Assembly: GCF_900114975.1 (NCBI RefSeq)
Contig: NZ_FOUU01000004.1
Span: 60,811-92,810 of the forward strand
Reading direction: 5' to 3'
Source: Thermodesulforhabdus norvegica
Lineage (GTDB): Bacteria; Desulfobacterota; Syntrophobacteria; Syntrophobacterales; Thermodesulforhabdaceae
DNA length: 32,000 nt
The notes beneath the pieces were generated by a model that made no database searches, was not told the origin of the DNA, and worked only from the letters and a program-made list of their open reading frames with translations. This document shows positions 17,221 to 25,352 of the stretch, in pieces. The position numbers were made by a program, and so were the translations under genes. The number at the start of each line of letters is the position of its first letter. The first letter of the stretch is position 1.

Positions 17221-17982
17221 ATGAGCGGTAATGGTTCCGTTTTGCAGGTGAAAAATCTGGTGAAACGCTACGGTGACAGGGAGATTCTGCAGGGTTTGTC
17301 TCTTGAAATCAGCAAAGGTGCCGTGAAGGTTCTAATAGGTCCTTCGGGAGCAGGAAAGAGCACCCTGCTCCAGTGCATTAACCTGCTGGTTATACCCGAT
17401 GAGGGAGAGATTTTTCTCGAAGGTCAGCCCATTCCTTATCGCAGTAAGAAAAATCTTCATAGGTACAGACAGCAGGTGGGGATGATATTTCAGGAGTTTA
17501 ACCTTTTCGATCACCTTACCGCTCTGGAAAATGTTGCGATTGGGCTCGTCAGGGTTAAGAAAATGCCCCGGGATGAAGCTCGGGCAAGGGCAATGGAAGA
17601 GCTCAGGAGAGTGGGATTGGCAGAGCATGCCCATAAGTATCCTGCACAGCTTTCAGGAGGGCAGAAACAGAGGGTATCCATTGCCAGAGCTCTGGCGATG
17701 GATCCCAAGGTGATGCTTCTGGATGAGCCGACTTCGGCTCTGGATCCAGAGCTCGTCGGAGAGGTTCTTGCCGTTATAAAAGATCTTGTGGAAAGCGGAA
17801 TGACCATGCTGATGGCGACCCACCAGATTGCCTTTGCGGCGGCCATTGCCGATGAAATAATCTTCATGGAGGACGGAGCCATAGTGGAACAGGGGCCTCC
17901 TCAAAAGATCCTTGGAAACCCCGAATGTGAACGAACGCGGGAATTTTGCTCGAGAATAAACGAACTCTACGGTGGGCTGTGA
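17221..17982 (+). CDS. amino-acid ABC transporter ATP-binding protein
   Basis: Walker A GPSGAGKST, signature LSGGQKQRVSIARAL and Walker B LLDEPTSALD. Confidence 0.9.
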   Translation: MSGNGSVLQVKNLVKRYGDREILQGLSLEISKGAVKVLIGPSGAGKSTLLQCINLLVIPDEGEIFLEGQPIPYRSKKNLHRYRQQVGMIFQEFNLFDHLTALENVAIGLVRVKKMPRDEARARAMEELRRVGLAEHAHKYPAQLSGGQKQRVSIARALAMDPKVMLLDEPTSALDPELVGEVLAVIKDLVESGMTMLMATHQIAFAAAIADEIIFMEDGAIVEQGPPQKILGNPECERTREFCSRINELYGGL

Positions 17983-18653
17983 CTGATCTGGCCTATTTCT
18001 ATCGGGATGTTTTTCCCGCCCTGCTGGGCGGTTTGATAATGAGCATAAAGCTCATCGTGCCGTCCGCGATTCTGGGGCTGGCTCTGGGAGTTATTGTCGG
18101 GTCCTTGAGGGTTTACGGGGTCAGGCCTGTAAGGATTATAGCGGATGGGTATGTGGCCCTTTTTCGAGGTGTTCCACTTCTGGTGCAGTTATTTACCTGG
18201 TACTTCGGCCTGCCCCATGTAGGGATCTTCCTTTCGCCCTACGGTGCCTCCGTTATGGGATTTACCCTCTGCAGTGCTGCTTACCACTCGGAGTATGTCA
18301 GAGGAGCTCTTCTCTCTATAAGGCGAGGGCAAATTCTGGCGGCTCAGGCTTTGGGTTTCACGACCTTTGAAATCCTCAGGTCTGTTGTTCTCCCTCAGGC
18401 GCTGAGAAGAGCCCTACCCGGGTGCGGCAATGAGATAATCTACCTCATTAAGTACTCTTCTCTGGCCTACATGATCACCTGCATTGAGCTTACCGGCCGG
18501 GCTAAAGCTCTGGCATCACAGTCCTTTAAATATCTGGAGATATTTCTTATCGTGGGAGCGATATACCTGGCTCTGGTAAGTGTTGCCTCGTGGATACTTC
18601 ATCGCGTTGAAAAGGCTCTCACCATTCCGGGGTTTGATCTTGTGCGGAACTGA
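17979..18653 (+). CDS. amino-acid ABC transporter permease (second)
   Basis: EAA loop QILAAQALGFTTFEILRSVVLPQALRRALP. The start is chosen at GTG 17979, overlapping the ATPase stop (GTGA). The track start is 17946. Confidence 0.85.
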   Translation: MTDLAYFYRDVFPALLGGLIMSIKLIVPSAILGLALGVIVGSLRVYGVRPVRIIADGYVALFRGVPLLVQLFTWYFGLPHVGIFLSPYGASVMGFTLCSAAYHSEYVRGALLSIRRGQILAAQALGFTTFEILRSVVLPQALRRALPGCGNEIIYLIKYSSLAYMITCIELTGRAKALASQSFKYLEIFLIVGAIYLALVSVASWILHRVEKALTIPGFDLVRN

Positions 18654-18654
18654 T

Positions 18655-20049
18655 ATGAGGTATTCGAAAGTAAGCCGGGTTGCGCTTGGCGAACTCAGAA
18701 GCCTTTTTCCCGATGATGAGTACGTCGACGACCCCGATTTGCTGCAACCTTACGGAAGGGACGCATCGACCCTTTTCAGCCTTCCTGAAGCCGTGGTAAA
18801 GCCCCGTTCGGTCGATCAGATCGTTAGACTGGTAAAACTTGCGGAAAAATACCATTTTCCCATAACACCCAGAGGAATGGGAACGGGACTCGCCGGTGGT
18901 GCCGTCCCCGTATGCGGCGGTGTGGTTGTTTCTTTTGAGAAGATGAACCGGGTGCTGGAACTGGACGAGGAGAATTTTTTGATACGCGTTGAACCCGGGA
19001 TTGTAAACGGGGACGTTAAGATCGAAGTTGAAAAACGAGGCCTTTTTTATCCGCCTGATCCTGCAAGCTTTGAAACCTGTTCTATTGGAGGCAATGTAGC
19101 AACCAATGCGGGCGGCCCCAGGTGTGTCAAGTACGGTACCACCCGTGATTACGTTCTTTCTCTTGAGGCCGTACTTCCCTCAGGAGATCTCGTCAAGACT
19201 GGTGCACGCACCAGGAAGAGTGTTGTCGGTTACGACATGACAGGGCTTATAACGGGCTCCGAAGGAACACTGGCAATTATCACCTCGGCCACCCTCAGGT
19301 TAATACACCTGCCGTTTCCTGCCGACACAATTCTGGCCCTGGCTCCCGATCTGGAGTCGGCCATGATGAGTGTGTCGGGAATTCTTGGAAGCAGGATCTT
19401 GCCGTCTGTAATAGAGTTCATGGACGGTCGATGCCTCGAGCTGGTGAAAGAGCCCCTTCCTTTCAGGTTTGAAGAGAATGCTGTGGCATTACTTGTTGAA
19501 ATAGACGACCCGCCCGAACTTCGCCATGGGTTGCTTGAAAGACTTGCAAATATCTTTGAAAAGCACGGTGTAAACGAAATTATTCTGGCGACGGATTCGG
19601 CCAAGAGATCCAGCCTGTGGGAAATACGGCGTATGATCTCGCTAACCATAGAGCGATCTCATGAACTCTATATCCCCGAAGACGTCGTTGTTCCTCTGGC
19701 TTCCATTGCCGCTTTCGTGAAGGAACTGCCCTTTTTCGAAAGAGAATACGACCTCACCATTTACACCTTCGGACATGCGGGAGACGGTAACATTCACTTG
19801 AACATCACGGCTTCGGCTTCTCTGGAAAAAACTCGCCTGGAGGAGGGAATAAGGCACATTCTTAGGAGGGTGGTTGAATTTGGCGGAAGCATATCGGGTG
19901 AGCATGGTATCGGGTACGTGAAGAAAAATTACATCGACCTTGAGGTATCGAAAAGAAGCCTGGAGTTGCAACGAGGGTTAAAGCGTCTTTTCGACCCGAA
20001 GAATATTCTCAACCCCGGAAAGATTTTTCATCAGCATGATCTGGAGTGA
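18655..20049 (+). CDS. FAD-linked oxidase, GlcD/D-lactate dehydrogenase family
   Basis: FAD-binding PCMH-type region (PITPRGMGTGLAGGAVP) and C-terminal HAGDGNIH...GSISGEHGIG. ATG 18655 lies 1 nt after the permease stop. Confidence 0.85.
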   Translation: MRYSKVSRVALGELRSLFPDDEYVDDPDLLQPYGRDASTLFSLPEAVVKPRSVDQIVRLVKLAEKYHFPITPRGMGTGLAGGAVPVCGGVVVSFEKMNRVLELDEENFLIRVEPGIVNGDVKIEVEKRGLFYPPDPASFETCSIGGNVATNAGGPRCVKYGTTRDYVLSLEAVLPSGDLVKTGARTRKSVVGYDMTGLITGSEGTLAIITSATLRLIHLPFPADTILALAPDLESAMMSVSGILGSRILPSVIEFMDGRCLELVKEPLPFRFEENAVALLVEIDDPPELRHGLLERLANIFEKHGVNEIILATDSAKRSSLWEIRRMISLTIERSHELYIPEDVVVPLASIAAFVKELPFFEREYDLTIYTFGHAGDGNIHLNITASASLEKTRLEEGIRHILRRVVEFGGSISGEHGIGYVKKNYIDLEVSKRSLELQRGLKRLFDPKNILNPGKIFHQHDLE

Positions 20050-20052
20050 GCA

Positions 20053-20337
20053 ATGGACTGGAAAGTTTTCTTCACGACTTTTTTCGCAATCTTTATTGCC
20101 GAACTTGGGGACAAGACCCAGCTTGCCACCTTTAGCTTTGCTGCCGGAACGGGTTCAAGATTGGCTGTCTTTCTTGCGGCCTCCCTTGCCCTTGTGTGCA
20201 CTTCCGCACTGGGGGTTGTGGCGGCAGAGGTCGTCCAGAAATGGGTTTCCCCCCGGACTCTTCAACTTGTGTCAGGACTTCTTTTCATTCTTGTGGGCCT
20301 CTGGATGCTGTTGAGCTGGAAAAGTAAGAGTATATAA
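20053..20337 (+). CDS. UPF0016/GDT1 (TMEM165) family half-size cation transporter
   Basis: 94-aa membrane ORF with the family motif ELGDKTQLAT. Confidence 0.8.
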   Translation: MDWKVFFTTFFAIFIAELGDKTQLATFSFAAGTGSRLAVFLAASLALVCTSALGVVAAEVVQKWVSPRTLQLVSGLLFILVGLWMLLSWKSKSI

Positions 20338-20540
20338 TAAAAAGGGAATTTTCGGATAGCTCCTGTTACTTCAAAGCAATTGCAGTGTAAGGCTTTGGGC
20401 TGAGACCTGTCGTGAGGCTCTCGGGTTTCAGGGAAAGAGATCCGTGGAAAAGATGCGCTTATATTCCCGGATTGTCCGGCGGTAATTGAGTATTCAGACC
20501 TTTTGAAAAGTTGAAATATTACAGAAAACTAGGAGGACTT

Positions 20541-20613
20541 ATGCCGGTATTGAATATCACTCCGGAGGAATACATGACCATGAAGGCTGTGGTAATTGAT
20601 GACGACAAGGAGG
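20541..20613 (+). pseudogene. 5' fragment of a 50-codon ORF split by the IS insertion
   Basis: AGGAGG RBS, then MPVLNITPEEYMTMKAVVIDDDKE. The frame then runs into IS sequence (VTTVDF*). Confidence 0.6.
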
Positions 20614-20661
20614 TTACAACAGTTGACTTTTAGCATATAATAGTGCATATTAGTATCAGAA

Positions 20662-21241
20662 ATGAGTCAGGTGTTATTAAGTGCACAAAATATAAAGAGA
20701 CTATATGGAATACATCGCAATACTCTTTTGCTCCGGGAAAAGCGGGGACTATTACATCCGGTCAGAACACCTGGTGGGAGGCGTAGATAAGCGATTGCCG
20801 GGAATGTTTGAGGAAGAAGTTGAAAACAAGACATTAAAAGTAGTGCTTTATGCCAGGGTTTCTACACGAAAGCAGAAGGAATATCTTGAAAGTCAAATAG
20901 AAAGGTTGAAGAAGTATGCTGATGAAAAAGAATGGAACTACGAAGTAATATCGGAGATAGCGAGTGGAGTTAATGAAAAGCGGCGTGGACTCAAGAAACT
21001 TCTTAACCGGGTCAAAAAAGGTACTGTGGAAAAAGTGGTTATTGAGTATCCGGACCGGTTAGCTCGTTTCGGTTTCGAGTATCTTAAAACCTTTTTCGAA
21101 AGCCATGGAGTGGAGCTGATAACAATTAATGGTAAGGAACATGAAGAAGACCGTATGAAGGAGTTAGCAGAGGATTTAATAGCAATAGTAAATTCATTTG
21201 CTGCACGGGTTTATGGTTCTCGTGGGGAAAAAAAGAAGTGA
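20662..21241 (+). pseudogene. tnpA: IS607-type serine recombinase TnpA, interrupted by a +1 frameshift between the HTH and catalytic domains
   Basis: Frame A (20662-20790) encodes MSQVLLSAQNIKRLYGIHRNTLLLREKRGLLHPVRTPGGRRR*, a MerR-like HTH. Frame B (track ORF 20705-21241) carries VVLYARVSTRKQ...DRLARFGFEYL...FAARVYGSRG, the catalytic domain. Confidence 0.8.
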
Positions 21242-22836
21242 TTACAGTTCAGTGTTTATTAGAATTTGAAACAAAGAAAGATAAGCAAAAGGCTCTAAAC
21301 CTTATGCGGAATTTTTCTGCATGTATAAGATATGCCTACAACAGGCTACTTGAAGGGTGGAATAGGAAAGATTTAAAAAAACATTTGCAAAGCGTGTTTC
21401 CTCTTAATTCAAGGTATTGCGATGACGCAATACTGAAGGCAAGGGAGACATTAAATGCCTGCATAGAGAGAAAACAAAATCCGAAAAAACTTATATTTGG
21501 GACCAGGCATCTTTTTGAGAAGCTGAAGAAAAGACATATTACCGGAAAAAGAAGAAAAGAGCTCATAAAAGAGTGGAAAGAAAAAAGGCAGGGGACGGTT
21601 TACTCAAGAGGAGATAAAACAAAGAAAGGTAATCTGAATATCAGATTTGTGTTTTTAGAAAAAACTCTCTATCTCAGGATTAACACCGGTAAAGGCAGGT
21701 ATGTATATACAAAAGTTCATCGAAATGTACAAAAAGGAAGGGCACAAAAGGATAAATGGGTTAATTTTGTTGAAAGTCTGGCCATAGGGGAATCCACAAA
21801 AAAATATATTCCCTATTCAGTGGAGCTCAAAAAAAGAAGCGGTAAAATTTATGCCTTTGTCAGCTTTAATGAAGAGCTTCCCGAAGTCTCAATAACGAAG
21901 GAAAGCGGGATTATTGGTATAGACGTAAATGCCAGTCCATTTCACATAGCCTATGCAGAAGTAAAAAGAGACGGTAACCTCAGGGCCTATGGAAAAATAA
22001 ACCTGAGTAACTTTATAGGCAAAAGCAAAGAAACAAGAGAACTCCTTTCGTGGCAGGTTGCTCATCAAATAGTAAATCTTGCCAGGGAGAGAAAAAGAGC
22101 AATAGCTATAGAGAACCTCAAAAAGCTGCCTAAAGGTAAAAAAGGAGATGGAAGGAGAAAGCTGAGAAGAAGACTTCAGCAGTTTATCTACAAGGGGTTG
22201 CTTCAAAAAATAGAAATTCTGGCAAGGAGAGAAGGAATAGAAGTTGTTAAGGTCAATCCAGCTTTTACCTCGGTAATAGGCCAGCTTAAGTACAGTCCTC
22301 AGTATGGCATAGATAAAGACGTTGCCGGGGCTTTTGTTATAGGCAGAAGAGGAATGGGGTTTAAAGAAGAAATTCCTGAGAATTACCTGAAGCTTCTAAG
22401 CAAAAAAGAAATTCTTGAATATTCTCTGTATATGCTGAAAGAAAAGAAAAGGGAATTAAAAGAAAGGCTGGAAAAAGAAAACAACAACTGGAAAAAGAAC
22501 GCCATAAAAACTGAACTTAGGACTATTAACATAGAGATAAAAATGGCAAACAAACAGCTTAAAGATATACAAAGTCCTGAGAGTAATCCAGCTACCCGAC
22601 AGCAGGCCTCTGGAGGGAACAAGCCTGTGAGGGGTCTATTAGATAAGAGACAAAAAAGCTGGAAAGTTCTCAGGGCAGTCCTCACCTTCCCTATTCTTGG
22701 AAAGTCCTTCGTAAGGGACTTTTCTCCCCTGAAGACAGTTTTAGTTTCAGGGGACTGGAAGAGGGTGGTGAGAAGATCAGTTCCTGTACCTGGTGCAGGG
22801 ACGACTGCACAATACGCTAATGTGCAGTTCTGGTAA
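21238..22836 (+). CDS. tnpB: TnpB-like RuvC nuclease-fold protein lacking the zinc-finger module, with a long C-terminal extension
   Basis: 532-aa ORF. It has a TnpB-like N-terminus, RuvC-I IIGIDVN (D229), RuvC-II AIAIENL (E292), NPAFTS and DKDVAGAFVIGRRG (D361). No Cys occurs after residue 75. Confidence 0.85.
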   Translation: MITVQCLLEFETKKDKQKALNLMRNFSACIRYAYNRLLEGWNRKDLKKHLQSVFPLNSRYCDDAILKARETLNACIERKQNPKKLIFGTRHLFEKLKKRHITGKRRKELIKEWKEKRQGTVYSRGDKTKKGNLNIRFVFLEKTLYLRINTGKGRYVYTKVHRNVQKGRAQKDKWVNFVESLAIGESTKKYIPYSVELKKRSGKIYAFVSFNEELPEVSITKESGIIGIDVNASPFHIAYAEVKRDGNLRAYGKINLSNFIGKSKETRELLSWQVAHQIVNLARERKRAIAIENLKKLPKGKKGDGRRKLRRRLQQFIYKGLLQKIEILARREGIEVVKVNPAFTSVIGQLKYSPQYGIDKDVAGAFVIGRRGMGFKEEIPENYLKLLSKKEILEYSLYMLKEKKRELKERLEKENNNWKKNAIKTELRTINIEIKMANKQLKDIQSPESNPATRQQASGGNKPVRGLLDKRQKSWKVLRAVLTFPILGKSFVRDFSPLKTVLVSGDWKRVVRRSVPVPGAGTTAQYANVQFW

Positions 22837-22841
22837 CCAGG
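22575..22841 (+). ncRNA. candidate omega/right-end RNA scaffold overlapping the tnpB 3' end
   Basis: The region shifts to visibly higher GC than the rest of the IS. Consecutive perfect hairpins lie at 22699-22724 and 22725-22754. Alternative stems are gtgcag/ctgcac/tgtgcag (22793-22827). The region ends at the IS right boundary. Confidence 0.35.
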
Positions 22842-22921
22842 AAGCCCTTAGACTCATAAAAAACTTCCTGAAACGGCTGGAACTGGAAGAACGGAAAGCT
22901 CTTAAATCCCATCTGGACTGA
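22841..22921 (+). pseudogene. 3' fragment of the ORF split by the IS insertion
   Basis: EALRLIKNFLKRLELEERKALKSHLD* is in frame with the 5' fragment once 20614-22841 is removed (gag-gaa junction). Confidence 0.6.
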
Positions 22922-23005
22922 TCTTTTTCGGTTTGCCACACAGCCGATGGGAGTCAGTTTACAGTTGATAATTCCGGGACTTTTGGGCGTGAAAGGATTT
23001 TCGAG

Positions 23006-24370
23006 ATGGCCGGAAGACGCTTTGAAGCCGTACAGTATGTTAGGAAAATATTCGACGGATGCACCGATTGCGATGTTTGCAGATTCCTCATGGAGGATAG
23101 CTGTTTGCTTTTCCCCAGACTTTACGAACTCTACGACAGGTACCTGCAAACGGGCGATTTTCCTGAAGATAAAGAGTTTCTGAACCTCGTTGATTGCTGT
23201 ACGCTTTGTGGGCTCTGTCCTTGCCCGGATGTCAGGACAAATATCCTCTGGGCCAAAGCCGAGAAGGCTCGTGAAGTAGGTTTGAATCCTGCATCTCGAC
23301 TTCTTTCCGATCTTCAGGTCCTGCAAAAACTGGGGAGTGCCGGACGCCTCTTGCTGTCCCTACTTCTGAAAGCACCCTTGTGTAACGGTGCCCTTGAGAT
23401 GCTGGGTATCTGTTCGGAAAGACGAATTCCTTCTCCGGCCGTGGAGGATTTCTTCTCCTGGGCCAGGAAAAAAGGGCTAAAAGAACATTCGGAAACCGGG
23501 CCCAGAGTAGCCTATTTCGTGGGATGCACGGCGGCTTACATTTTCCCCGAAGTTGCCAGAGCCGCCGTGAAAGTGCTCGAAAGTCTCGGAGTGTTTGTAC
23601 ACATACCGGACCAGAACTGTTGTGGCATGCCTCTGGCCGTTGAGGGCGACAAAAAAAGAATGATGGATCGAGTTAATCGGAATATACAGGCGCTGTTGAC
23701 GCTTGCCGATAAGGGTTACGAAATAGTCTGTTCTTGTCCAACCTGTGGATACTTTTTCAAGGCCATCCTTAAAGAAAATGCCTGTTTCAGCGTCGATTGC
23801 GACGACGATGATGCGGTAGTGAGGAGATCTTTTTCGGAGGTACTGTCACTCCCTCTGCGGGGTGCTTCGTCTACCGGCAACAGACGGGCCTACGCTCCTT
23901 ATTACTTCTCCGATGATTTTTTTCAGACTCTGGACGTCGAAGCCCGTTTGAGGATTTCTGCTCTTGTAAAGGACGTGGGAGAATATCTGGTTCGGTTTAA
24001 GGACGCCATTCTTTCTGGATCTCTTAAGCCCCCGGCAGGCAGGTGGGTTTACTTTGCACCCTGCCATCAGAGAGAACAGGGGATGGGTAAGCCCTACTAC
24101 GAAATCCTATCGAAAATTCCGGGATTCTCTGTGGAGCCTGTGGGGAGTACCACCGATTGTTGCGGTATGGGCGGTAGCCTGGGATTTAAAAAGGATTTCA
24201 ACGGCCTGTCCTTAAAGCTGGGACTGCCGCTAATGGAAAAAATAAAGAAACTCAATCCCGCCGGTATAATTACGGATTGCCTCAGTTGCCGCCTCCAGTT
24301 CCAAAATAGCCTTCCGTACCCTGTGCTTCATCCTCTTGAACTATTGGCAGAAGCGATGATTATTTTCTAA
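23006..24370 (+). CDS. (Fe-S)-binding CCG-domain oxidoreductase (GlcF/GlpC/HdrD-like)
   Basis: Ferredoxin-type CTDCDVC...C and CTLCGLCPCP motifs, plus two CCG-type regions (FVGCTAAY...NCCGMP and FAPCHQRE...DCCGMGG). Confidence 0.8.
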   Translation: MAGRRFEAVQYVRKIFDGCTDCDVCRFLMEDSCLLFPRLYELYDRYLQTGDFPEDKEFLNLVDCCTLCGLCPCPDVRTNILWAKAEKAREVGLNPASRLLSDLQVLQKLGSAGRLLLSLLLKAPLCNGALEMLGICSERRIPSPAVEDFFSWARKKGLKEHSETGPRVAYFVGCTAAYIFPEVARAAVKVLESLGVFVHIPDQNCCGMPLAVEGDKKRMMDRVNRNIQALLTLADKGYEIVCSCPTCGYFFKAILKENACFSVDCDDDDAVVRRSFSEVLSLPLRGASSTGNRRAYAPYYFSDDFFQTLDVEARLRISALVKDVGEYLVRFKDAILSGSLKPPAGRWVYFAPCHQREQGMGKPYYEILSKIPGFSVEPVGSTTDCCGMGGSLGFKKDFNGLSLKLGLPLMEKIKKLNPAGIITDCLSCRLQFQNSLPYPVLHPLELLAEAMIIF

Positions 24371-24399
24371 AAACACAAGACCATTCCTGATGTGGTCTT
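24371..24399 (-). terminator. possible intrinsic terminator for the minus-strand ykgJ-like gene
   Basis: The minus-strand transcript forms AAGACCA-CATCAGGAA-TGGTCTT followed by GTGTTTTT. The stem is only 7 bp. Confidence 0.35.
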
Positions 24400-24443
24400 T
24401 CTAACACCGGATCCGGGGTAAAAGGCGGTAAAAATCCCCCCAC

Positions 24444-25352
24444 TTACTCGCCCCCTTCGTTAAGAACTTCCAGATACTTCACGTTGTTTTCGATTCTGAG
24501 CCTGCACCCGAACAAGGGCAGCAGGGACTCAAGGCTTCGCCCGAAGACGAAGTCCAGAACCCCTTCGGGGATGTTCAGTTGGCTGGCCACAAAGTTTCTG
24601 AAATGAGATTCGTAAGACACGAGGTCGATAATTTCCGCGGCCACCTCTTCACCCCGTGAAAGCCTCTGAAACAGAGCGTGTAACCTCTCGAAGCTACATT
24701 TTCTATCGTGTTCCTGCAATAGGTCCATAAGAAGCTCGACATCCCCAAGGACATCTCTTCTCGTCAAATAGGGCTGCTCGCTCAATTCGTTGAAGTATGA
24801 AGGATCCCAGCAGGCCTGAGCACGGCATTGAAGCGGGCGATTTTCGTATATTCCGCAAAGGCAGGAAACGGGATCGAAGAAAACGCACTCATTGCTTCCG
24901 GGTTTCTCCTTGATCTTTATTCGCTCGTCTATCAGGAAGTGAGCCTTGCCCCGTCGTGGATCTCTTACCGGTTCGCCTCTTCTAAGGGTCACGAGCCGAT
25001 CCATGGGGATCTTTTCGGATCTCAGAAGTTCAAGGTCTTCCAGGTAAAGCGAAGGGCTTCCCCCGCGGCAGCATTCACCGCACTGAACACAGGCGGGCAG
25101 GGGATTAAGAGACTCCTTCCGGGTTATTTCGATGAGTTCTTTCCAGAATTGAACCTTCTCGGATGGTGCCGCGCTTTCCCAGTTTCTGAAGATCTGTAAG
25201 GCTTCGGGGTGTGATTCCACCTGTAGTTGCAACCTTCTGACCGGTAGCAGCGACTCAAGGTCGGCCACGATGTTTTTCATCTGCTCTTTCCAGGCTTCAA
25301 GAAGCTGGTCCAGGCTCCATTCCGAAGGGTTTGTGGTGTGTTTCTTGCTCAT
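24444..25352 (-). CDS. YkgJ-family (CxxCxxCC) cysteine-cluster protein with N- and C-terminal extensions
   Basis: CVQCGECCRGG ... ECVFFDPVSCLCGIYENRPLQCR is the UPF0153/YkgJ pattern. The ATG overlaps the mnmA stop by 4 nt. Confidence 0.7.
   Translation of the reverse strand: MSKKHTTNPSEWSLDQLLEAWKEQMKNIVADLESLLPVRRLQLQVESHPEALQIFRNWESAAPSEKVQFWKELIEITRKESLNPLPACVQCGECCRGGSPSLYLEDLELLRSEKIPMDRLVTLRRGEPVRDPRRGKAHFLIDERIKIKEKPGSNECVFFDPVSCLCGIYENRPLQCRAQACWDPSYFNELSEQPYLTRRDVLGDVELLMDLLQEHDRKCSFERLHALFQRLSRGEEVAAEIIDLVSYESHFRNFVASQLNIPEGVLDFVFGRSLESLLPLFGCRLRIENNVKYLEVLNEGGE

Larger units (their letters stand above)
20614..22841 (+). mobile_element. IS607-family-type insertion sequence (serine recombinase tnpA plus tnpB-like)
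   Basis: Markedly AT-rich block with tnpA/tnpB organisation and a GTGA start/stop overlap. Boundaries are inferred from in-frame restoration of the split host ORF. GG is present at both junctions (20612-13 and 22840-41). Termini are GGTTAC...GTAACC. Confidence 0.8.

Noticed and set aside
22817-23326. 169-aa minus-strand ORF spanning the IS right junction.
   Set aside because: It is antisense to the Fe-S CCG gene and the split small ORF. It crosses the IS boundary, so it cannot be an ancestral gene.
24409-24418. CCGGATCCGG palindrome between convergent genes.
   Set aside because: It is a short self-complementary run without a loop or T-tract, and is likely fortuitous.
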